From Utricularia gibba (lineage: Eukaryota; Plantae; Magnoliophyta): DNA of 64,000 bases. The notes below the pieces were generated by a model that worked only from the letters and a program-made list of their open reading frames with translations, was not told where the DNA came from and made no database searches. The DNA lies in the NCBI GenBank assembly GCA_002189035.1, contig NEEC01000004.1, forward strand, positions 1,302,001 through 1,366,000, in the 5' to 3' direction. Position 1 is the first letter of the stretch; each line of letters opens with the position of its first letter. Position numbers and translations under genes: made by a program. Shown here in pieces: positions 1-12,119 of the stretch.

Positions 1-2
1 AC

Positions 3-2287
<2,285 letters not shown>

Positions 2288-2786
2288 CACCCACTCCCGA
2301 TAATCCTGGCTTCTTAGTTCAAAAACACAAACCCGAAAAAAGCCCCCTATCAAAGCCGGAACCTGATGACCCACAATGCGAGCGCACCTTCACACGAACA
2401 GGAGGTCAAGGAATTCAAAATCCATCACAAACCTAACGAAAAAATAAAACCCACAAGCAACGCGAATCAGACAACACACACACCACCCTGAAATTGAACG
2501 ATTGAACCCACAGATCTGACAAAAAAAACACCCGAATGAAAAAAAAAAGAGAGAGAGAGATCAAGACTATCGGACAAGAAAAAGAAGTTATCGTAGGGTT
2601 GTGTAATGGGAACGGTAGGGCAAAACTGAAACCTCCGATTCGTGCACCGATTAAGATCGAGTTGGAATTGCAGAACGCCTGAAACCGCGGGCAGATATTT
2701 TTAATGGAATTCGTTCTCCGGATTTTGTTTGGATTTTTGATTTGGGGCCGCCACCCCTTTCCATTGACTGACCACTGCCTTAAAAG

Positions 2787-2804
2787 CCCCCCCCCCCCCC
2801 CCCC
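2787..2804 (+). repeat. C18 homopolymer upstream of the poly(A) polymerase gene
   Basis: Run of 18 C read directly. Confidence 0.9.
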
Positions 2805-3945
2805 AAAATATTTAGATTTTTTGGTAGTAATTAATTTTTATTTTTTGGGTAAAAAATAACAAAATTATAAATCACGGGTACTTTAATGGATGGTTGGTAA
2901 CATGTTCACACCAACAACAATGTCTCATACACAACTACCATACTTGATTCAACCTTTAAAGTTGAAATTATTAAAATAAGATTTAAATAAAATTCAATAT
3001 TATCTTTAACTTTTAACATATTTTATATTTTGTTTATAAAATTCTATTAATTAATAAAAAGATATTAATGAAATATTTTTGTTATTTCAATCATCAACAA
3101 TGACACATGTTGTTGGTCTTTAGAAGAATTATCACTCAAAAATCATCATTGAATAATTTTCATTTTTTAATTGACATTCACAAATATGAATTGTAATTAA
3201 GATAATAAAAAAACATAAATATAATTAGATAATTAATTTCAAAGATTATCATCATGCTAAAAAAATTGACAATCATTTAACAATCCCTTTATTAAAATCA
3301 ATTAATGTATAATTATCAAATCCATTGGACTGAAAAATAATGGGACTTTTTTATTTAAATAATTCTTTGAATTAATTTTGTTTAATATTTATCCGTTCTA
3401 ATTAGATAAGAAGTCAGATTTTGAAATTAAATTAAAAATTTATTAAAATTTTTGAATATATATATATAATGATTAAATAAAATATTAATTAAGAAAATTG
3501 TATTATTTCATTTTTACACATTTTCATCATATTCAATTATATAATGAGTATATTAAATTTTTATAATATATACTTATATTATCTCATAAAACAATTTTAT
3601 AATTATAAAATAAATTTTATTCTAAATAATTTGTAACCCACTTTACATTACCATTCCAATATGATCATTAAACTAATTTATTGAATTTTTGTATTATAAT
3701 TTATATATGAATGTTGTATAATTAGCTTGATAATATTTTTAATTCATAGTTGAGAATGTGAATATGGTGATTTTATAGGCGTAACATTTATTCAATAATA
3801 TTAAATTGAAAAATATTAATTAGTTATATAGTTTATTTTATGTAATATACCTTTTTTTTTTTTTGCGAAGGGCTCTGATCTTATGGCCTCGCCGGCTCCG
3901 ACGACGGCCGGGTCAGATGCATTTCAAGCCTCCGTACAAAGGAAT

Positions 3946-4574
3946 TTACACCTCCAGATTCGGGTGAAGATGATGAAGCAGACCCGATTTACTGCTACCA
4001 AAACCCTGTCGTTTCGCTGCCGTAGAGAAGCAACAAGCCTTGGGCGTCGCCCCCCGCTTCGCGATCCTCGCCCTCGGAAGAGTGCACGCCTTGTAGCTAA
4101 GCCCGTTGCCGCAGCTGTTGGAAGCCTTGAGAAATCTTCTCCTGTACGGACAAGTTTTCTTGGCCAGATCCTCGGCGCTTCTTAGCGAACCCGAGAGCGA
4201 TAGCGACACGAAGGACTCCGATTTGCCCTGGTAGAACTTGGACAACCCTCTTCTGCGCAAAATCAGACCCGTAAGAAAAGAAAAGAAGAATTTTATCGAT
4301 GATGATGTGCTGATTCGACGAGGCAAAAAGGAAGGAAGCTTATTTACTTGATGGGTAGCTGATTCATGATGTCGGAGAGGTCGGAGAGGGCTCCGCCGGC
4401 GGAGGGGGTCTCCAACGAGGATGCGTCGTCGTTGGTTTCCGTTTCCGATGAAGCGCCGTTGGAGTCGATCGACGAATCCTCGCCGATGGAAGAGGAGGTG
4501 GTGCATTTGTCGTCATCACGAGAAGAATAGCGAAACCACGAATCTTGGATTAGGAAACGAGCTGCGTCCTCCAT
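3946..4574 (-). CDS. OXS3: OXIDATIVE STRESS 3-like protein, 2 exons (4574-4348, 4252-3946)
   Basis: Splicing joins LSDIMNQLPIK to RGLSKFYQGKSESFVSL, the OXS3-family motif. Ser-rich N-terminus. Phase-2 GT-AG intron 4347-4253. Confidence 0.88.
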
Positions 4575-4807
4575 AGAAATCTCTTGGATTATGCCCGGAA
4601 TGAGATGAAACCAAATGAACGTGGGGAGAAGAAACAGGATGCGGTTTTGTAATGTGAATTTTGACCGGTGGGACCCCCATTTCCCCTAATTTTCTTTATT
4701 AATTAATTTCCCAAGTAAAAGAAAGTGACACGCGGCAGAAAAGTGATCGACAACACAGCGCTCCCGATTGGATAAGCTTCAGATGTCGTGGACGGAGAAG
4801 GGGACGC

Positions 4808-4856
4808 CACGTGGAGCAACGCGAGTGGGGTTTGTTGCGCTCCACGGTGACGTGAC
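4808..4856. promoter_or_regulatory. G-box (CCACGTGG) and ACGT-core elements upstream of the OXS3-like gene
   Basis: gccacgtgga near 4808-4815 and ggtgacgtga near 4847-4856, about 250 bp upstream of the ATG. Confidence 0.4.
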
Positions 4857-5996
4857 TCCCTTGGGGAGTTTTAAAGAGATAAAACCCGACGCTTTTTTGC
4901 GCTTATCCCTGCGATCCGATAAAGCTTGCGTGCTGGCAATTTTATCTGTTATTTTTTGCATTTATCCATTCATTGAAAAGTTGGCTCATTTCCCAGCAGT
5001 CAGCGGATGGGGGAATTCGCGCAGCACAGCAGCAACCAGATGGATGCAACGCACCAAGTCTAATATATTCAGATTAAAAATAAAAAAGGCAGCCCTCCGG
5101 TGTACGGAAGGGCTGTTGCCGGAGGGTCCATGGCTTCTGAAATTCTAGTTGAAGCAGGGTTTTCCAATGTTTGCTCGGGCAAGGGGGGAAAGGAGCAGGT
5201 TAGCGAAAGCCTATACATGGGAGAGTGGTGGAGCAGGGCAGGGCAAGTGGGGAGAAATGAAAGCGATCCCTCGTTTCGGATTACACGGTGGGCGCCGCCG
5301 AAGTTGAGGTTTGCCGTAAACAGGGGAACCGCTCCCGGAAAAGAGCCCGGAACACGTTCCTTTTTTGATAAATTATCAATTTGTTTTTAATAATGTTTTA
5401 AATATGGAAATTCTTAAATTTTCTTTGACAATAAAATTCTACAAAAAGACAATGATTATTCGATACAGGTTTCGTTAATTCTATGATTAAGGAAATTAAT
5501 CCAAAATTAAAAACGAGGAAATTAATCCAAAATTACGATTTTTCATGAAAATTATAGAATCAAATTTTGAAAACTAATTTTATAAACCCTAAAAACAAAA
5601 AAAAACCGCTTAAAGCATTTTGGGAAACGGTAAGACTCTAAAAATTACTTTTTAAAATTATTTTACTGGAGCTGTCCTAAAGACGGCTCTTAAATTTGGT
5701 TAATTATTATTCTATATTGATTATCATCATAATTCAAAACATTATCATATATAATGTAATTTATGGGCCGCATTCGGATTCATGTTGTGGGCCCAAAAAT
5801 GATACACAGTCCAACATGATATAGAGCCCAACCCAATAATAACTTTGAGAATTAGGGTTCACAATTCACGATTTCTTCGGAGCGGCACCATAGAAGGGCT
5901 GCGTATGTGAAAAAAACCAGGGTTCCATTGGGCACACCAGAGATTACGATATTGGGGGTCCCGAAAGGAAACGATCAGATAACAAAGCACGATGCA

Positions 5997-6150
5997 TAAT
6001 GTGAGGAAGATGATTGTTGAACAGATTCAATAGATGAAATGAATCACAACTGCCCATCTTCCCCTGGAAATTCGATTTCGCAGAGAACACTTTCGAACGA
6101 GGTGCACTCTGAATTGAATTCGCACCACGCCGATACACACAATCTCTGCA
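5997..6150 (-). ncRNA. Box H/ACA snoRNA, predicted double guide for 18S and 25S rRNA pseudouridylation
   Basis: Two hairpins: GCAGAGA/UCUCUGC and GGGGAAGAUG/CAUCUUCCUC. G-U pairs work only on the minus strand. ACA (6002-6000) directly follows hairpin 2. Both pockets are complementary to conserved rRNA sites. The H box is non-canonical (AAAUCGA). Confidence 0.8.
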
Positions 6151-6264
6151 TTTCATCAACACGAATAAGAACGGGGACCGAGAGATCGCAAGAAGGAAAC
6201 CACAAAGAAGCAGAGAAAACAAAGAAATATGGAGAAGGACGCAGGCTGCGCACCTCGGAGGACG

Positions 6265-6290
6265 TTTAAATAATCGGCTGGGTAGGGTTT
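6265..6290 (-). promoter_or_regulatory. Telo-box (AAACCCTA) plus TATA-like TATTTAAA, likely promoter of the snoRNA host transcript
   Basis: Minus-strand AAACCCTA 6290-6283 and TATTTAAA 6272-6265, followed by a donor-like GAG|GTGCG at 6253 and a pyrimidine-rich tract. Confidence 0.5.
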
Positions 6291-6616
6291 AACAAAAAAA
6301 AAAAAGGAAAGGAGAAAGTCCCAGAATACCACTCCTCTACCTGCATACTGAGGCAAGAAAATATATTGGTTTTAGGGGTAAAGTGGGAATTTGTTGTACC
6401 ATGCCTTTTTTGTTTTGGATTTCTTAAATTGAAAAATGAAACCCGACCCGTTCTTTATTGAGTGGACGGACTACAGAAAAACATTGCTGCCTTCTGATGG
6501 CAGATATGAAGAACGCCCTGAAGAAGAAGAAGATCCTAAAGACGCTGCCTTATTGTCTGAAGGAGAGCTCTGTAACTGTTGAAGGATGCGCAAGATCAAC
6601 CGGGTGGCGAAGATGA

Positions 6617-7389
6617 TTAAAGGCCTTGATCGATAAGGTAATCTCCCAGCTTCTCCACGACCAGATTGCACTGGCCAGGAGTCATCGGCTCCTCGTACAC
6701 TCCCATGATCAGTGCTTGTGCAGTTTTCTTCACGGTGATCCCACCGGAGCCCTGAAACGCCACCAGATCAACGCGAAAATGTGAGACTGTAGTTATATCA
6801 CTGCTCTGCAAGACTGAAGCACGGCCGGGTGATCAAGAAGTGCACCTTTTTACCACGAATCACAGCCCCTGGTTCTCCTTGGATAACCATGTACTTGGCA
6901 CCACCAAGGTAGAGTCCGGTCGGAGCAAGGAACCCCGGCTCGTCGAAATCCCTAACAATGTTGGAAATCTCCTCTGCTTTGAACTGCAATCAATGATCCA
7001 GAACCAACGTATTAACTATCATGACACCTACAATGGCATCGCTAAAATGCTTGATTGTCAATACTACTCCATCATTTTGTTGAGGACAGTGGTGCGTCGA
7101 AATGAAGATCACACGATCAAGTGAAGAGCTGGAGTCGTGAAGCAGATGATTCAAATCAAAAGTCTATGAGGAAACACCTTCTACAGTCATATAGAACCAC
7201 CCAACTTTCTCGGAGAAAACAAAAAAAAAAATTCCATGACTAAAAAAAGTTTTTTTTGTTTCCCACCTGCGGAAATGTAGCGCTCTGAGCCCATACACTC
7301 CCGTCGACGCCTATGATCGCGGCGGCGGTGAGATGGACGCCCTCGACGTCGCACATCAGGTGATCGTCGACGTAATTCTGCCAAGACAT
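6617..7389 (-). CDS. PRF: Profilin, 131 aa, 3 exons (7389-7267, 6983-6846, 6751-6617)
   Basis: [13 protein letters not shown]...WAQSATFPQ|FKAEEI...[28 protein letters not shown]|[10 protein letters not shown]...[12 protein letters not shown]. Exon lengths 123/138/135. Confidence 0.98.
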
Positions 7390-7622
7390 CCCAACCCCTT
7401 ATCCGAAAATTGGTTTGGTGATCGATTCAGAAACAAAGTTCTCCCCTGCAACGAGAAAATGGTGAATTAATACCGACGCTTTATGGAGAAGGAGAAGTGG
7501 CATCCACCACCATCGCCACTGCTTCCCGACTTTAATGCCCGTCGATTTGAACGGGTGCGCGCACAATGCCTCCGCCCTAAGGAATACTGCTAATTATAGC
7601 ACTTCTTTCATCCCTCTCCTCC

Positions 7623-7643
7623 ATTATTATTATTATTATTATT
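7623..7643 (+). repeat. (ATT)7 microsatellite
   Basis: Read directly. Confidence 0.85.
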
Positions 7644-8276
7644 AATTTCATTATTCTTTGCAGAAATTAAATCGCAATCAAAGAAAAGGATTTATTTAAT
7701 ATCTGCATTAATGCATATTTTATCAGCCAATGATAAATATTTATTTTCTAATTTGTTTACTCGAATTTAGCCTTGTTCCTCATTTAATTTAAATTCAAAA
7801 TAATACGCAACAGAAAGCATACGATTTTGGCCTTCAGCAGTAACTGTACAGGGAACACACGACGCAAGGAATTTAAAGAGATGAATTCAAAGTTTCAAAC
7901 ATTCGAGTTTTGTGTTTAAACGCCAACTTCTTTTCTGGAAAGCAAGATGCGATTCGAACACCCGTTTCTTTTTTTGTTGACCAATCAGCGATTGGCCGGT
8001 GACGCGACGCTGCGCAACTTCTGTGGCCTTTCTTATTTTTGACGAACTGGAGACATGGAGTCAGGTCAGAGAGGAATAGGGTAACAGGGACGGCAGCGAT
8101 TGCTTAATAGTCAAAGGAATACCCGATTTCTGTGAAACCCAGAATTTGTTTCCTTTTATGAAGTGGGTTTTTCAGATTATTTATGTTGGTTATGTCCGGG
8201 ATTCAGATGGAGGATGAAGGGGAGGTGGAAGAGTGATCATGTATTGGTTTGATTGATTCAGAAGCCTGGGGTGTTT

Positions 8277-10201
8277 ATGGGGATCAAAGAAAGAAGGGGG
8301 AACCCTGAACTTTTGAAACTTGGATTAGGTTTGATTTTATCACTTGGTGGGATTGTTTTCACCTTTTTAAATCACAGAAGAGTAAAGTCACCGGATGCAA
8401 ATCTTCCTGGTAAGATTTTTGTTTTGCAGGGTTCGTTTTTCTATGCGTTTTTATCATGTTTTGTGCAGGGGAGGGCGGGTACTCGAAGTTGAAGAAGGAT
8501 CATCATCAGTATCAGGTATGCATCCAGATAGTTATGATTCTGTATGCCTGAGCTTATTTGGAAATTTTCATTTATACAGGATGATGACTCTGGTGCAGAG
8601 GATTCTTCTCCAAACGCCCTTCATGATCCTTCCTCGAGTAATAAGGATGGCTTTTTATTGCCTGAGTTTGATTTGCTCGTAGAGGCGTACTCCATGGGAG
8701 ATGAAGCTCCATGTAGAGTAAATTGGCCGTGTCCTGTTCCGGTCGCCGAGGCACCTGAAGGAGATATGCTTTCTGAAGAAAAGGAAGATGGGAACAGGAT
8801 TAGGAACCTGGAGAATAAGGTCATGTCTCTTGAAGCCAGGGAGAAGGTCCTTGAGAGACAACTGCTTGAGTTTTATGGTTTTAAGGAGCAGGAGATGGTT
8901 ATCAAGGAGCTTCAGGACCGGCTTCGAGTACATAATTCGGAAGCCAAAGTGTATCAGCTGAAAATCGAATCCCTCCAGGAGTGCAACAGGAAGTTAGAGG
9001 CAAGAGTTGCTGATTATACGAAAGTGGTGATGGAGTTGGAAGAAGCAAAAGCCATGCTGAAGGTCCTGAGAAAGAAACTTCGGTCTGAGGCGCACCAGAA
9101 TAGGGAGCAGATTTTAAATCTTCAAGAACGAGTGATGAAGATGCAGGAAGAGCAAATGGGGGATCGAAAAAACGTTGCGAATTTAGATGCAGGGTCTGAT
9201 GAAACCAGGGAGCTGGAGATGATGAAGAAAGACAACGAGAATCTGAAGATGGAGAACTCACAGTTGGCTTCTGAATTGGAAAAGATGCAAATCCTTGCCA
9301 CATCTGCTTTAGACAAGCGACGGGTAAGTCTTGTCACCACCTTTCTCCCATAGATTTCAGATTCGACTATTTCCTCTGCTGGCTGTGATGAAATGATATG
9401 CCACAGGTTGAGGAACTGGAAAGAGAGAATGGGCATCTTGCAGAGCAAAACAAGGCTTTGAACGAGGAAATCGAGCGACTACAGACAGATCGGTGTGCTG
9501 ACGTCGAGGAGCTTGTGTACCTCCGATGGGTAAATGCTTGCTTGCGGTATGAACTGAGGCACTACCAACCCAATCCTGGGGAGACCACTGCAAAGGATCT
9601 CGGCAGAACATTGAGCCCCAAGTCGGAGGACAATGCGAAGCGGCTTATACTCGAATATGCAATGAGAGAAGGCGCACAGGAGAAAGCATTGAGCTTTGAT
9701 TGCAGCCAGTGGCATCCTGATATGCTGCCATCTGCAGAGCTGTCACTCAAGAAGCCAGACTCTTCAAGGCACTCTACAGTATTTGCAAAGCTGGCAAAGA
9801 TATGGAGAGAAAGGGACAATAGGGATCATGATCAGAAACCTGCTGATGACAGCATTGTAGCCGGGGAGGTGATCAACTTGAAAACACCTGGTGCATCGTC
9901 ATTACCCTCACACAGATCTTCCTTCGACCACCATGGGTCAGATTCAGGATGGCAGATGAGCAGTACCAGTGATGGAAGCACCCCTTTCTCCCGAAGAACA
10001 AGTGAAGATCACGACTTGACAATATTTAGGAAAATCAGCAGCGTCCGAGGAAGTAATGACAGTTCATCCACAGCCTTTCCACCTCAGGAAGATTCAAAAG
10101 ACTCATTTAGAGATGAGCTGGTGAAGTATGCAGAAGCCCTGGAGATATCCCATCCGATGCCCCCGGCCCGCCGGAGGTCAGTCCAGTTTAGCTCTTTTTG
10201 A
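8277..10201 (+). CDS. CHUP1-like coiled-coil protein, 4 exons (8277-8409, 8469-8515, 8580-9323, 9407-10201)
   Basis: Hydrophobic N-terminal anchor (LLKLGLGLILSLGGIVFTFL), LLEFYGFKEQE, long coiled coil and the CHUP1-family motif DVEELVYLRWVNACLRYELR. Exon phases are consistent. Confidence 0.9.
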
Positions 10202-11166
10202 CGCCATTAATCCACACCCATATTGTGTTACAGGTATGATGACTAACTTAGCATAGAAAAGAAGGCAGACAGGGGGCATAGAATGCGTTGTGCAGAACAA
10301 TAAGCAATGCACAAGCCATAGTTGAAGATCTTCTGTTTATCCCACACAATTTTGCACTAGCATGAAATGGTTAAATGGGGCACAGAATCAAAGGATTATC
10401 TCAACCATATGATGTGATCTATTTATTGCACAGAAAAGCGGCATGGAGCGTCTCTTCGAATTTTAAAAAAATATTCATATCACTCATCTTCAAAATTTTG
10501 GAAGGTTTTTATTTCACTAAATATTATCTGATAACCAATTTTTATGAATTTTTTTATTGTAAGTAAAACATTGATTTAAATAAAATAAAATAATTATTTA
10601 AATTTAATATTTAATCATAATTTAATAATATCATTTTAAACATTGTCATTTTTTGCAAATTAGAAGATTTTATATGTTCTCAGACTGATTATTAGGTTTG
10701 TTTTGTCACTAAAATTTATTGAGTTTAATTTTTATATATTTAAATTTTCATCTTTTTTATAAAAAAAACTATAAATTCAGATTTCGATATTAATTTAAAA
10801 AAATATTGGATTTCTTTGAATCCTCGGTTTCACAATATTAATTAAAAAATAACATTATTCAATTTTTATATATTCTAAAATACATTTGTATTCTCATATT
10901 AAACAATTTCAATACTACTTAACAATTTAATTTACTATTCTTACTCACCCATCAAATTATATAATATGTAATTTTATCATATTTTACAAAATAGTTTTAT
11001 AATATAAAATTAAATATTATTTATCATTATTAAAATGATTTTATTATACATATTCTGAAAACACGAATAAAAAACATAAAATGGACTCCATAATTTTATC
11101 AATTCATTTTAAGCAGGTTGAATACAGAAAATGGATTTTCTTATTGAATTGGATTTGTGTTTTGTT

Positions 11167-12119
11167 TCATCCGTGTCCTGACTTTACGGTCTCGGGCGGC
11201 GGCTGCATGGAAAATGAGATGCTTGAGACCGGAGGTAAAATTCCACCGGCTCCGTGACCTCGGCCCTCCAGAGCTTGGAGGAGGTTCACCTGTTCAAAGA
11301 AACATATTGTCTGATAGCCGAAACTCGTGCTGTTAGCGGGATGGTGTTGTTTGTTACCTGAGACCTCAAGAACTTGAGGTAGTTTGCAGCTTCATCGAGC
11401 ATGGAGGCCGTGTCCATTTTGCTGCCCCCCGGAACCAGTTTCTGCAAAACTCTCATCTTCTCGCTGATCTTCTCCCTCCGCCGACGTGCTGCAGCCGTTT
11501 GTGGGTCTTCGGAGAGTTTCACATTCTTCCTTTTTGGCTTCTCCGGTTTCTCCACCCCCGTGCCCACCGGCCGGAGAGCCGCTGCTCTGTAAATCATCTC
11601 CTTCATGCACGCAAACGCCTCTGTGTCGGACTCGGGCGTCGATGCGCCGGACTGGAAACTTATGATCGATGACGAAACCGATGGTTGTGAGTAGATAGAA
11701 AATGCGGCTGCAGGGGTTGCACGCTTTTTAGCTTTCGGTATCTGGAAATTGGGTTTCCATCTGCGCTGCTTCTCGGTAAGAATTGGGTGATCGAAATGGG
11801 TGGTTGTGTCTCCGGCGTTTGATGTGACGGAGTACAAATTTGGTTTCCGTCTTCTCGAAGAAGATGAAATCGCGTCACCTTCTCCGAGAACAGAGTCTCC
11901 CATGAAATCCCTATCACCGGAATACACCGTGGTGGCGCCGCCGCCTTCATTTTCTACAGATGCAGGGGAGCAGCAAGTGATCATATCTTCAGACAGAACC
12001 GCCGCCATGGGATCAAGGATCAAGGCATCCTCCCCACAGAAATCAATCCCCAGAAAAATAGCTTCTTCCTCTTCCCACTGAAACTGAGGCATCAAAAAAT
12101 CAGCTTCCGAATCCGCCAT
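11167..12119 (-). CDS. bHLH87: bHLH87-like transcription factor (HECATE/IND subfamily VIIIb), with a probable 68-nt intron (11357-11290) at the end of helix 2
   Basis: [14 protein letters not shown]...[61 protein letters not shown]|VNLLQALE. Unspliced reading would stop at 11286. Confidence 0.9.

Noticed and set aside
5226-5246. miR164-like 21-mer (TGGTGGAGCAGGGCAGGGCAA)
   Set aside because: Several mismatches to miR164 and no star arm.
5089-5365. SRP RNA, telomerase RNA, U6atac or hammerhead identity for the GC island
   Set aside because: GGAAAGGAGCAG lacks the SRP helix-8 stem; no CUAAACCCU template, no USE, no CUGAUGA core.
5972-6170. C/D box frame (TGATGA...CTGA) around the H/ACA RNA, i.e. 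a U85-like hybrid scaRNA
   Set aside because: No terminal k-turn stem and only about 9 nt of rRNA complementarity, offset from box D.
8207-8236. Upstream ATG as the CHUP1-like start
   Set aside because: Stops after 9 codons; at most a uORF.
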